This document shows positions 1 to 10,086 of a stretch of DNA of 64,000 nucleotides, in pieces; positions within the stretch are counted from its first letter, which is position 1; every line of letters begins with the position of its first letter. Both the position numbers and the translations under genes were made by a program. Origin of the DNA: Diplonema japonicum (taxonomy: Eukaryota; Protista; Euglenozoa: Diplonemea); the NCBI GenBank assembly GCA_964019335.1, contig OZ025655.1, positions 372,001 to 436,000 on the forward strand. Reading direction: 5' to 3'. Under the pieces are notes generated by a model, which searched no databases, was not told the origin of the DNA, and saw only the letters and a list, made by a program, of their open reading frames with translations.

Positions 1-116
1 TTTTCTCATCCTTCTTGTTTCCCTTGCTGGCAAATCCCCACTTTCCTATTTTTCAACACAGCTCTGGGGGGGGGGGGGGGGGGGGATTATAGTGTCGCAT
101 CAGACACTGGAGCTAC

Positions 117-178
<62 letters not shown>

Positions 179-935
179 ATTGGCCGCATATTCATAACTC
201 GACGGAAAAAAAGAGAGAAACTATAAAAAAGAAATATGAGCAGGCAGTTCAAACACACATAGGAATGTGGGGTTGTCGGGGAAAAAAAAAAAAAAAGGAA
301 GGTGTGGAAAAAGGACAGAAATGAGACTCCCTGAGACAGCGTCCATTATGCAGGCAAAAATGGGATATGTGCTCTTTGGTGGGATTTAAAAAAAAACTTT
401 TTTTTTTCTTCATTTTCCTTCAAAAAAAAAACATGGAATTTTTTCATAATCTTACATTAAAAAAAGAAAAGAAAAAAGAAAAAAAAAAAAAACGACCACG
501 TGTTGGGTTGCTAATAAAATGATTCATTTTTCCCGTCTTTCTTTTTTTGTTTTGTTCCCCCCCCTTCTTTTCTTCCTTTTGGTTACAATTGTACTTATTG
601 TAACCCCCCCCCCCCCCCCCCCCCGGATTCTTACTATAACCGGTAATAGCTAAACGTACGCCACAGTTGTTTCAGTGACTGAAAGGTGACACCCTTTTAT
701 TTCTCTCTTTTTTTTCTTTTTTTTTTGCAACACATAAAAAACGGGGGTGAGGAAATATGGGGAAGATGGAGGAGTGTGTGACTGGGAGGGGAAGGGGGGG
801 GATAACCCTTTTTTATAAAAAAAAGTCAGTTTTTTTTCCTTTCATTTTTTTCTTTTCCCCCTTTTTTTTTCTTTGGCAATAAAAAAAAAAAAAAGAAAAA
901 AGAAAAAGAAAAACCACCGGCTCCGCGACACTTTT

Positions 936-980
<45 letters not shown>

Positions 981-1030
981 CAAAATAAATAAATAAATAA
1001 AAATAAATCACAAAAAAAAAAAAAAATCTT

Positions 1031-1163
1031 CTACGTACCAGTTGGCTCGGAGGGCCGTAGTGGGGATTGTGGGTCGGAATCGCTAGGTAGCTGTTGTTGT
1101 TGTAGCTGCAGGCTTGGTTTCGTGCCCTTTTGTAGCTGCGAGAAAAAAAAAAATGTTAACTCT

Positions 1164-1219
<56 letters not shown>

Positions 1220-2270
1220 CTGATATTCGGGACTCGGCAATTCAGAGTTGGGTTGTAATTCGGGCGTCTGTAATTTCTTTTTTTTCCCCTCCCGTATTTT
1301 TCCCCTATCATACCATATTCCTATGACCGGTGTCAACTGGAGAAGCGGCCATGTCAGCTACGTTACTCTTACTGTTCTCCTTATCCACATTAGCCCCAAG
1401 AGCTATCTGTCCTGGTGGCGTTTTTGTTGGACCAGCTTCTTTCCCTTGGTGCCTCCCTCGACTCTCTTTATGACTTCCTGCGACATTGGACGAGGATATT
1501 TTCTTGTCCCGCTCGATACTGTCCAGGATCTCTTGGTTAACCCGGAGCGTGTTCTCCCTAGGTTGCCTCCCTGCCTCAGTGGCATCAGCTGGTGCATGGA
1601 TCGGTTCGAAAGGAGGCGTGAAATCAGCCCATTTCCGGATTCTGTACAAATCTTTTGGCGACAACTCCACAGGCCCACCCACGGAACGAAGCGGGGTAGA
1701 ACCGATTTTGATGTCTGTAGAACCCAGCTTCCTCGCCTCGAGAATAGCTTGTTCTTTTAGTTTTATGACCATTTTCATGACCTGTTCATCACTGTCTATT
1801 TCATCATCGCTATTTGTGCTTGTAACTGCTTGGCTTGTGCTTCCCAGAGTGGCTGAAGATTGACTCACCTTAGAACCCGAAGCCGAACGGTTGACGACTA
1901 AGTCCTGTTCAGCATCAGGCTGGGCTTTGCCAGTGTCAAGTGAGGGTTGTGGAGGGCTTGAATGCGACTTTATAACTTCTGTTGTTTGAAGCGTTTCCGG
2001 TTCGTTCTTTTGAGTCGTGTCCTCTTCCTTTACCTTGGGTGAGGTTGTCTCTTCTTCTCTTGTCAGCGATGGTGCAGTACTCACCACAGGTACAGGTAGC
2101 GGTGCGGCTTCTTCCACCTCCTTTCTCCCATTTTGTTCGTCAGTTGGTTTCTCCTCCTTGCCCTTTTTCTCCTCTGCTTCTGAGCTTCCCTTTGTTACCT
2201 TGCTCTCAGTGTATTTCTGTTCTTGCTTCTTTACCCCCGTATCTTTCGCGGTACTACCCCCGCACCCCAT
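1031..2270 (-). CDS. Low-complexity protein with N-terminal dual-acylation signal (MGCGGS); spliced, exons 2270-1314, 1267-1220, 1135-1031
   Basis: 320-aa ORF starting MGCGGS (myristoylation plus palmitoylation pattern). GT-AG introns 1268-1313 and 1136-1219 keep frame and add TPELQPNSELPSPEYQ and LQKGTKP...EPTGT*. May splice further at GTACGT near 1038. Confidence 0.7.
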
Positions 2271-2789
2271 GACCCCCCAGCACAGGGGGGCTCTCTAGCT
2301 TGTTTTCTGGGCCACCCTCCGCCTGTTCCGGCCACCCCCCTCCCACCTTCCTGATATTGAAATAATAATAAGAAAAGGGAGAATAATAATAATAAAAAAA
2401 AATGTGCGTGTGAAAAGTAACTGACAACCAGTACAACACCATGCTGAGGGGACGCGATAAGAGAGTGAGGTAGTGAGTGAGGTAGTGAGTGAGGAGCTTT
2501 TTTTTTCTTTCTTTTCTTAAATTTCTTTCTTTATTTGGCCAAGTATTCTTGCCTTGACTTCCCACATCTTCCTGCCGGCTTAGAAATGGTACGCGGTTCA
2601 ACAATTGCCCTCAGAGTCAGACACCGAAGGGTTCGCCACGTATTTTGGAGGGAGAGAAGGAGATCCACCATATAACCACCCTTCTCTTATATCTACATCA
2701 CTACATCTCAGTTCCTCATAAGGGTTACAAAGCCGCTGTTTCTTTCTTTTTTTTTTTTTTTTTTTTTTTTCCTTTTTAGTTCTTTCTCC

Positions 2790-3127
2790 TCAAACATCGC
2801 TGTTTAACGCAGCGGCTGCTTCTATTCTGGAGCTGCTGATAAGGGACTCCCGTTCTTCATCAGTGGAATCATCGAGTACCGCCTCGGGGACGGAGGGGTA
2901 GAAACAAGGGCAGAATTTCCCACAAGTAGAAACCCCTGCGTGCCGGGAGTCATCCTGCAAGTACGCGTCTTGTATCCATATCTGAAAAGCAAGGAGGAAG
3001 GCAGGCCAAAATATCATTACAACAAACAGTTCGAGAACATGGCCATGCTTGTGGGTGTAGTCCTCCAAAGGACCGAGAATAGAAGTGCCTGCGGAGGATA
3101 GAGGGGATTCAAGAGCCCAGACGAAAA
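2790..3127 (-). CDS. STIMATE/TMEM110-like membrane protein, 3' part (5' part in assembly gap)
   Basis: LELFVVMIFWPAFLLAFQIWIQDAYL resembles the last TM helix motif of the STIMATE family; ORF runs into the N gap. Confidence 0.55.
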
Positions 3128-3327
3128 NNNNNNNNNNNNNNNNNNNNNNNNNNNNNNNNNNNNNNNNNNNNNNNNNNNNNNNNNNNNNNNNNNNNNNNNN
3201 NNNNNNNNNNNNNNNNNNNNNNNNNNNNNNNNNNNNNNNNNNNNNNNNNNNNNNNNNNNNNNNNNNNNNNNNNNNNNNNNNNNNNNNNNNNNNNNNNNNN
3301 NNNNNNNNNNNNNNNNNNNNNNNNNNN
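3128..3327. other. Assembly gap (200 N)
   Basis: Run of N. Confidence 1.
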
Positions 3328-3566
3328 AAAATGAATAAATGAAAGCCCTCTCCACAATTCTCTCTTCCCCCCCCACCCACCCACCCACCCACCCACCCCA
3401 AGTGTTTTTCTATATTCCAAATAGTACGAGTCATTCGCACGGGTTTATCAAGCATAATATATGGTATGCGAACTACTTTTAAGAAGAAAAGAAAAAATTG
3501 ATCTGGAAAACCACCCCCCCAAGAAAAAGAAGAGAGGAGAAAAAAAAAACGCTGAGAGATCAGGAG

Positions 3567-3600
<34 letters not shown>

Positions 3601-4187
3601 ACCAAATGCCTCGTCTTCTAATTAAAGACGCGCATGAATGGACCATCGGTAGGGTAAAACCAACCTGTCCCACGACGGCCTAAACGAAGAGCCGACAGAG
3701 GTTTACAGTAAAGAAGGGAGAAAAAAGAAGGAAAAAAAAAAGAAGATTGAAAACAAAACACCTATGGTGAGATCGTTTACTAACAGTAGCATCATAGTGT
3801 GTATTTTTTTTTTTTTTTAACCCATAAAAAAAAAAATATTAAAAAAAAAAAAAAAAAAAAGAAAACCCGCTCTACACATGTTTCACCCCGGTAGGGGGGC
3901 AAATGTTGAGAGCATAATGCAATCCTCTTCTGGTGCGATTTTTCCATTTTGTTTATGGGTTAAGAGAAAAAAACTTTTTTTTTTCTTTTTTTTTAGCTTC
4001 CACTTTTTTCTGCCCCCCCCCCTCTTCATCTCCCAACAAAAAAAGAAAAAATTCATTTTTTTTTAAAACATTTTTTTTTATACTTTTTCCTTATCCATGT
4101 ATTTTTTTTTCTCCCCCCCCTTTTTTTTTCCCCCTTATGAAGTACCATTTAGGGGAAGCAAGCGGGGAGGGAAAGAAATAAAATAAA
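3328..4187. promoter_or_regulatory. Divergent strand-switch region (candidate transcription start region)
   Basis: Minus-strand genes to the left and 10 consecutive plus-strand genes to the right; function inferred by analogy with kinetoplastid divergent switches. Confidence 0.35.
3567..3697. pseudogene. Rearranged fragments of cytosolic LSU (28S) rRNA: sense H68-H71 joined to antisense H92-H93 and H89/H90 pieces
   Basis: 3567-3642 AAACGGCGGGAGTAACTATGACTCTCTTAAGGTAACCAAATGCCTCGTCTTCTAATTAAAGACGCGCATGAATGGA (sense). 3644-3685 is the reverse complement of GTTTAGgCCGTCGTGgGACAGGTTGGTTTTACCCTACcGATG. 3686-3697 is the reverse complement of TGTCGGCTCTTC. Confidence 0.9.
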
Positions 4188-5914
4188 ATGCAATTCAACA
4201 ACTTTTTGGAATGTTCAATCCTCAGCGAACCGCCTGGCCCGAGCAACGAGGAGGTGCTGCGCAGGAGAGTGGAACAGCTTGAAGAATATGTCAAGAAACA
4301 CGGCTTATCAATGCCCACCCCGGAGAACACCCCGCCGGTGTCACCCGCGAGGCCAGCCTATGCCGATCCCGTAGTACCAAAAAATTTCAAACTCAGCAGT
4401 TCAGTGCTCAGCGTGACAAGAGAAGGAATGGTTCACAAATCTCTTGCAGACATCATCATGGAGACCTCAGGGAGACAAGATGTAAGGGAACCTGATACAC
4501 CAGCAGGGAACATATCACCAAGGAAATTGAAGGATTTTGGTTCGGACGCTGAAGGATCGTCTGATGGGTCATCTTCATCAGCGAGAAGGAGGTCGCTCCC
4601 TGACACTGTCTCCGTCATGAGATCATCATCAGCAGGAAAACCCCCATCGTCCCCAGCGAAAAAAACTGTTAAGAAACGCGAAAAGGCACCGCCCCCACCG
4701 TCGCTGGACGCACAGCTTCTTGATCGTATCGCGACTGTGCACTCCCTAGCTGCTTTGACAGATAAGATAACTCACAAACCGTTCCCCCCTGTGTCCCGTC
4801 AGGCGATGGACTACATTGCTTCGTCTTACAATGATGTGAAGAATGTCTTCACGCACGACACGCAAAGGTACTACACGATTCTTAAGAAGCTCTGCGCGGA
4901 GCTGCTCCCCATCATGGAGAAGGAGCCCATGTATGTCAAGCAGCAGTCGCCTTGCTACGCGTTCGGCGACACGCACGGCAACTACGCGGACGTCTCGTAC
5001 TTCCTTGAAAACATCATCAACTTCCTAGACCTTGCCTACACACCGTGCAATTTAATCTTCCTCGGCGACTACGTCGACAGGGGTTCGTACGGGCTTGAGG
5101 TCATTACCTTGCTTTTGTCCTTGAAGCTGTCCAACCCTAAGAAGGTGACGTTACTGCGTGGGAACCATGAGGACCCGTTGGTAAACGGCGACACACGGCA
5201 CTACGGGGAAAGCGCTTTTCAAAGGCAGTGCCAGCGGTTGTTGGGAGTGAACGCTGGATTGGAGATCTGGAAGTTAATCAACGGGCTGTTCAAACACTTT
5301 CCTCTTGCTGCCGACATCGACGGCAAGATATTCTGCTGCCACGGGGGGATCCCTCGTTTTGAAGGCGGAGACGACAACCGGCTTGAAATGCTGCAGTCCC
5401 CTGACTTCCCTCACCTTGACATGTTCTCGACTTTCGAGCCAGCCACCGACCGCATATCAAAGCAGATCCAAATGGCCTCCGACCTGTGCTGGTCCGACCC
5501 CAAAGACGTCGAGCATGAAGGTGGCTACTGGGAGCTCAACGAGTACGGCTTCGGGAACAATTCGCGAGGGGACGGGGTCATCTGCTTTGGCGAAAAAGCC
5601 ATCGACCAGTTTTGTGAAAGGTACGGGTTCCAGTATATCTTCAGAGCCCATCAGGAGAAGTCAGATGGTGTGTGTGGGAGAAATTCAAAAAAAGGCAAAA
5701 AGAAAATAAAAATAAATAAATAAAAAAGGTCTCAAACTAGCAAAATCTGCTCGTGTTATCACGATATTCTCCTCATCAGACTACGAAGGTCACAGGAACG
5801 GTGCTGGTGTGCTGTTTGTGAACCGAGAAGTATGGAAAGATGGGGGGGGGGGCAAAAATGTAAAACACCATATTCTTCCAGGGTGAAATTCGAATGATAA
5901 TGAAAACGGCTTAA
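4188..5914 (+). CDS. PPP-family Ser/Thr protein phosphatase, kinetoplastid-specific type; exons ..-5667, 5729-5829, 5882-5914; true 5' end uncertain
   Basis: Motifs GDTHGN, LGDYVDRG, LRGNHE, HGGI, WSDP, RAHQ. Removing GT-AG introns 5668-5728 and 5830-5881 restores RAHQEKSDGLKLAKSARVITIFSSSDYEGHRNGAGVLFVNREGEIRMIMKTA*. Confidence 0.9.
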
Positions 5915-6688
5915 GAGAGAGAATTGGGGGAAGAAAAAAAAACCAGTAGACAAACGTTTTTGTTTTTTTTTTTTTAAATAGAAGGGGGGTCCTTGGCCTT
6001 CTGTGCCGCTGCCCGCCATCCCCCCCTCCCTTCCCGAAAAGAAAGAAAGTATAGTAAGCTATATGAACAAGGAGTGGGGAGAAATGCAACTAGGGAGAGA
6101 GGGGGGGGAGTGTCTTTTGCTGGCAGGAAGACGAGTAAGAGGCCTTTAATCTGGCCTCAATGGCTCATCTTTTTTTTTTTTTTCCCCTGATGCCCAACAG
6201 AAAGAAACCAGTGCCTTTACCAACTTAAAGTTGACAAAACCTTTTCTTTTCCCAAAATTTTAAAAAGGGTGCAGGGGAAAAGAAAAAAAGAAGAGCGCGG
6301 GGGGGGGGGGGGGGGGGGGGGAATGGGTGTTAGCAATCCTGTATTCATATTGATTTGTCTTCCACTTCTTCCGATTTATCTGTTATTTTACCCATTGAGG
6401 GAAAGGGGGGGGGGGGGAGGAAGGGTATATGTGGGTTCTCCCTCTTGTACCGAATTCCCATTTCCCATTCCCCCCCCCGTATTTTTTTCTTTATGTTCTT
6501 ACCCAGGAGAAGAATGAGAATACTGACCATTCCATCACAAATATCTCAAAAGAAAAAACAGACTGACTTTATTTCCCCCCCCCCCCCTTTCCTTTTCCCC
6601 ACTTTTTTTATAAGAAAAACCCCCCTCTTACAAACAAAACACAGGAAGGAAGAGAAGAGGGGGGGGAGAGAGGAAAAGAGCATCGACA

Positions 6689-7768
6689 ATGAAACGCGAA
6701 ATAATTTCAGAGCAGGAGACGAAAACAGCGGCTATAAAAACTGTGGTCTGCGACCCATTAGAGGAGCAGGCAGCAGTCTTGATGAGTCCGAATAATGAAA
6801 TGTTAAGCTACGCAACAGGGCTAGCCTGGCGTGTGGTGGACGATGGCGGGAACATCATCAGGGACGAGACGGACATATACGTAGCAAACTATGGCGAGAT
6901 TAAAGAAGGGGAGTGCGTTGTGTCCTGTGGGGGAAAGCTCCCCTTCAGCCACGTCATTCACGCCGTTCACGACCCTGAAACCGCCTCAACCGATCTCCTC
7001 AACAAGGTCCTTCAGAACACCTTCAAACTCGCAGAAAAGCTCAAAAAACCAACTCTTTTAATACCCTGCACCAACAGCACTTTGAAAACCGTCACAGGTT
7101 TTGTAACAGAGTACCTCAACAGCCACGAGAACACTTGCCTGTTCACTGTCACCTTAGCCATGGACGAAACACCTGATGTTGTTACAAAAGAAACACCCAA
7201 ATCCCCTGTAAAAAGATCAAACAATGTTAAGTACCATCTGGGATGCCCCACAGATGGTGTGAAGGACGCGCAGGGCAATCATATTATAGCTCATTTTGTG
7301 ACGGGTGGCTCGTGGTCGTCAAGGGGTTGCATGGGCAGGATCACTAAGGCGTTTGGTGCCTCACCGTCCGCAGCTTTCGCCGGGAAGACTTCCCCGAAGA
7401 AGCTGGGCACCGTGGAAATGATAAGGGTGAAGCCTTCTGTTTACATCTACTCCCTCGTCCTCTTACAACTTCCCGGTCCCACTATCTCCACTGACCACCT
7501 CAGCACAGCCTTCGACATTCTTCACCATGAAGCTGTGAAACACAACAGCACCGTACACCTCCACCGCCCTCTTGAGAGTGCTATTTCTAACCTTGATTGG
7601 TCCAAAGCTCATAAGCTGCTAACACATACATTTAGAAAGGTGAAAGTTCTGGTGTATACAAGCCAGTTACAGGATTTGGAAAAGTACTCCGGAGGCAAGA
7701 GAGGGGGCGACGCACACGAGGACGCACCTGGAGGGAAGAGGCAGAAAATGTCGCCTACAAAAAACTAG
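6689..7768 (+). CDS. Tandem macrodomain-like protein
   Basis: GECVVSCGGKLPFSHVIHAV is a macro-domain signature; second domain with IIAHFVTGGSWSSRG resembles ALC1/TARG1-type macro; basic C-terminal NLS-like tail. Confidence 0.7.
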   Translation: MKREIISEQETKTAAIKTVVCDPLEEQAAVLMSPNNEMLSYATGLAWRVVDDGGNIIRDETDIYVANYGEIKEGECVVSCGGKLPFSHVIHAVHDPETASTDLLNKVLQNTFKLAEKLKKPTLLIPCTNSTLKTVTGFVTEYLNSHENTCLFTVTLAMDETPDVVTKETPKSPVKRSNNVKYHLGCPTDGVKDAQGNHIIAHFVTGGSWSSRGCMGRITKAFGASPSAAFAGKTSPKKLGTVEMIRVKPSVYIYSLVLLQLPGPTISTDHLSTAFDILHHEAVKHNSTVHLHRPLESAISNLDWSKAHKLLTHTFRKVKVLVYTSQLQDLEKYSGGKRGGDAHEDAPGGKRQKMSPTKN

Positions 7769-7836
7769 AATTGAGTGTTGTTGTATTTTTCTTTCCGCTG
7801 AGCTCAGTTGGTTATAAGAGTAGGGTGGAGCACATC

Positions 7837-9081
7837 ATGAAGACCCACACCACAGTCATCCTGTGTTTTGGATGCGCCGCCTTATGTGCGGCAGGCAAGC
7901 CCCCACCTGAGATAGAAGTAAAGCATGAATGGATAGAACCAAGCGTGTTCGTAAGAGATTACTTTGAAACACGAAAACCAGTGATGTTCAAGGCCAACGC
8001 CGCTCTGGAAGAATTAAGAGAAACTCTCGAAGCTGATTGGGACCGTTTGCCCGTGAAAAGCGGCAGCACGGGAACCGAAATTCTGCAAAACAGCGGCGAC
8101 GGTGTGCAGGGATACACCGCGGCATCAGCGCTGAAAAAGGGAAGGTACATATTCGATCGAAACGGTGTTTTAGACAAACACAAAGCGGGGGATATACTGG
8201 AAAACGCTTTAGGTGGGTTTCTTCCGTTCACCGAAGAGGACAAGGAGGTTGGGGGAGGGTACCGATTGGACCCTGACAAGTTTCTTAGTAGGTATTTGAT
8301 AGCAGGGTCACCGAAAACCGGATCACCTTTGCACCAACACTCCTGCGCCATTCTCTTCCTTTTGCAAGGGACAAAACAATGGACTGTCCATACCTCCAAC
8401 CGTAGCGACACCCCGATGTCATTCTCACAGCCGTCTGGGTACGTAGTGTATGTACCAGAAACCTTTTGGCACGGTGTGGAAAATGTCGGAACGGAAACCG
8501 CAATTGCGGTTGGTCTGCAGGCACAGCTGGCAAGAAGCAAGGAACTACGGATACTGCTTTCGGGATCAATGATAGGGGGCCCCAAAGGGGTCGCATTTAT
8601 CAAGGAAAACATAGCCCACGATGCTACCGGCATCCTCTCTACTGCTGTCACGAAGTATCTACTAGACAACAATGGGGACCTTCGAGAGACCGTGCACTAC
8701 TCGACCCTGGCTCTTGTGAAGGACCCTGCTGGGCAGACGTCGTTGCTTGCCAACTGCCAGGCTTCGCTTTCTTTAGGTGTGGCGCCTTATGCTTCGTCGT
8801 GTCTTTACATCACTTCATCCAATCCACAACAATTTGTCCTCAAGTGTCTCTATCTCGTCTCAACCTCCCCTCATGAGGCGTTGTCGTGTGCAGCTCACGT
8901 TCTCTCTCTCAAGGAGCCTCCTGCCTCTGCTTATATTTTACATGGAAGATTAATGTTATCTTTCGGTGATATCGAACAAGCCTTGCAATCCCTGTATATT
9001 GCAAAAACACTGAGCCCCAATGCGGACGGTCTGCGCGAGGCCATTGCAGCGGCGGTGCAGATGTACAAGAACGAAATGTGA
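7837..9081 (+). CDS. Signal-peptide JmjC/cupin protein (JMJD8-like) with C-terminal TPR-like helices
   Basis: Hydrophobic N-terminus; GSPLHQH, LLQGTKQW, VYVPETFWHGVEN JmjC motifs; TPR-like AYILHGRLMLSFGDIEQALQSLYIAKTLSPN. Confidence 0.75.
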   Translation: MKTHTTVILCFGCAALCAAGKPPPEIEVKHEWIEPSVFVRDYFETRKPVMFKANAALEELRETLEADWDRLPVKSGSTGTEILQNSGDGVQGYTAASALKKGRYIFDRNGVLDKHKAGDILENALGGFLPFTEEDKEVGGGYRLDPDKFLSRYLIAGSPKTGSPLHQHSCAILFLLQGTKQWTVHTSNRSDTPMSFSQPSGYVVYVPETFWHGVENVGTETAIAVGLQAQLARSKELRILLSGSMIGGPKGVAFIKENIAHDATGILSTAVTKYLLDNNGDLRETVHYSTLALVKDPAGQTSLLANCQASLSLGVAPYASSCLYITSSNPQQFVLKCLYLVSTSPHEALSCAAHVLSLKEPPASAYILHGRLMLSFGDIEQALQSLYIAKTLSPNADGLREAIAAAVQMYKNEM

Positions 9082-9212
9082 AGAACGAAAAAAGAAAGAA
9101 GGAAAAAAAGAAGGGGAAAAAAAAAAGCATCGTGTCATCGTTTCTTTTCCCCCCCTGTTCTTCTTCCATTCCCCCATTTCCCTCTCTTCAGGTGGGAAAG
9201 AAGAAGAAGCTG

Positions 9213-9929
9213 ATGCCTAATGTAATCCTCTTCCCTGGTGCTTTCATGACCCGTGACTGCTACAAGACATTCATCGAAACTATTGAAAGAAGTGGCTGCC
9301 ATGTGCATACCATAGAATACCCTAGAAAGAAGGACGCGACGCTGCTGGACTACGCTGTTGACGCGAAACGAATAGTGGAGACGAATTGCGGAGGAGATGC
9401 GATACTTGTGTGCCACTCCATGGGGTCACGTGTGGCACAGATGGCAGGCTTGATGGGCGTACGAGGTGTTATTCACGTCGCAGGCACAGTGGTTCAAAAC
9501 GGGGAGTCTTATCAGGGCTGTATAAACTCATGGAGAGACAAGCAAGCACCACCCGACAGTGAGGCAGCACGTCCTGTTCTGTCTGAAGACGGTGCCTTCC
9601 TTATCCCCACGCTTCCTTTCGTGAAGCGGGCCTTTTTTTCAGACTTCACGTCGTGCCAATGCACGGAGACCTTTTCCCACATGGTTCCTGAAATCGCCAC
9701 CAACATGACATCTCCCATTTATTACACCCCTCCACCCTTCGGTACCGCCCCTCAGCTCTACATCACAACCCTTGCAGACGCAGCCATACCCATAGGTTTG
9801 CAGCACAAAATGTGTGAAGATCAAGGCATTACATCTATCGAATCTGTTGATGCTGCACACATGCCGTTTGTGTCGTGTAGTGCTGAGGTAGGTGAAGCGG
9901 TGCTGCGTTTCATCGAGCGATTGGATTAG
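9213..9929 (+). CDS. Alpha/beta hydrolase (Abhydrolase_6, methylesterase-like)
   Basis: VILFPGAF oxyanion loop, CHSMG nucleophile elbow, YITTLADAAIP acid, AAHMPFVS catalytic His. Confidence 0.85.
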   Translation: MPNVILFPGAFMTRDCYKTFIETIERSGCHVHTIEYPRKKDATLLDYAVDAKRIVETNCGGDAILVCHSMGSRVAQMAGLMGVRGVIHVAGTVVQNGESYQGCINSWRDKQAPPDSEAARPVLSEDGAFLIPTLPFVKRAFFSDFTSCQCTETFSHMVPEIATNMTSPIYYTPPPFGTAPQLYITTLADAAIPIGLQHKMCEDQGITSIESVDAAHMPFVSCSAEVGEAVLRFIERLD

Positions 9930-10086
9930 AAACGGGAAAAAAAAAAAAAGAAAAAAAAAAAGCGATCCACGATTCTTGTTTTTCTTTTCCTCTCCTTAAC
10001 ACCCGTCCTGTCATACCGCAGGTCCTCAACGACGTGTTATGTTCACTTTTTGTCTTCTTTCTCTTCTATTCAGTTTCTTTGCTGAA

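Noticed and set aside
581-605. Hairpin GGTTACAAT-TGTACTT-ATTGTAACC with slight resemblance to the spliced-leader 3' end
   Set aside because: Only a short partial match, no full SL exon and no support beyond a 9-bp stem.
826-1326. Poly-Phe/poly-Lys ORFs here and in most spacers (e.g. 23.1-24.3 kb, 28.3-31.5 kb)
   Set aside because: They are translations of homopolymer tracts with no coding signal.
2463-2494. GAGTGAGGTAGT tandem repeat as telomere-like sequence
   Set aside because: Only about 2.5 units and not TTAGGG.
3567-3697. Functional rRNA gene module (euglenozoan LSU rRNA is naturally fragmented)
   Set aside because: The pieces are in opposite orientations, internally deleted and changed at invariant bases, with no other rDNA nearby.
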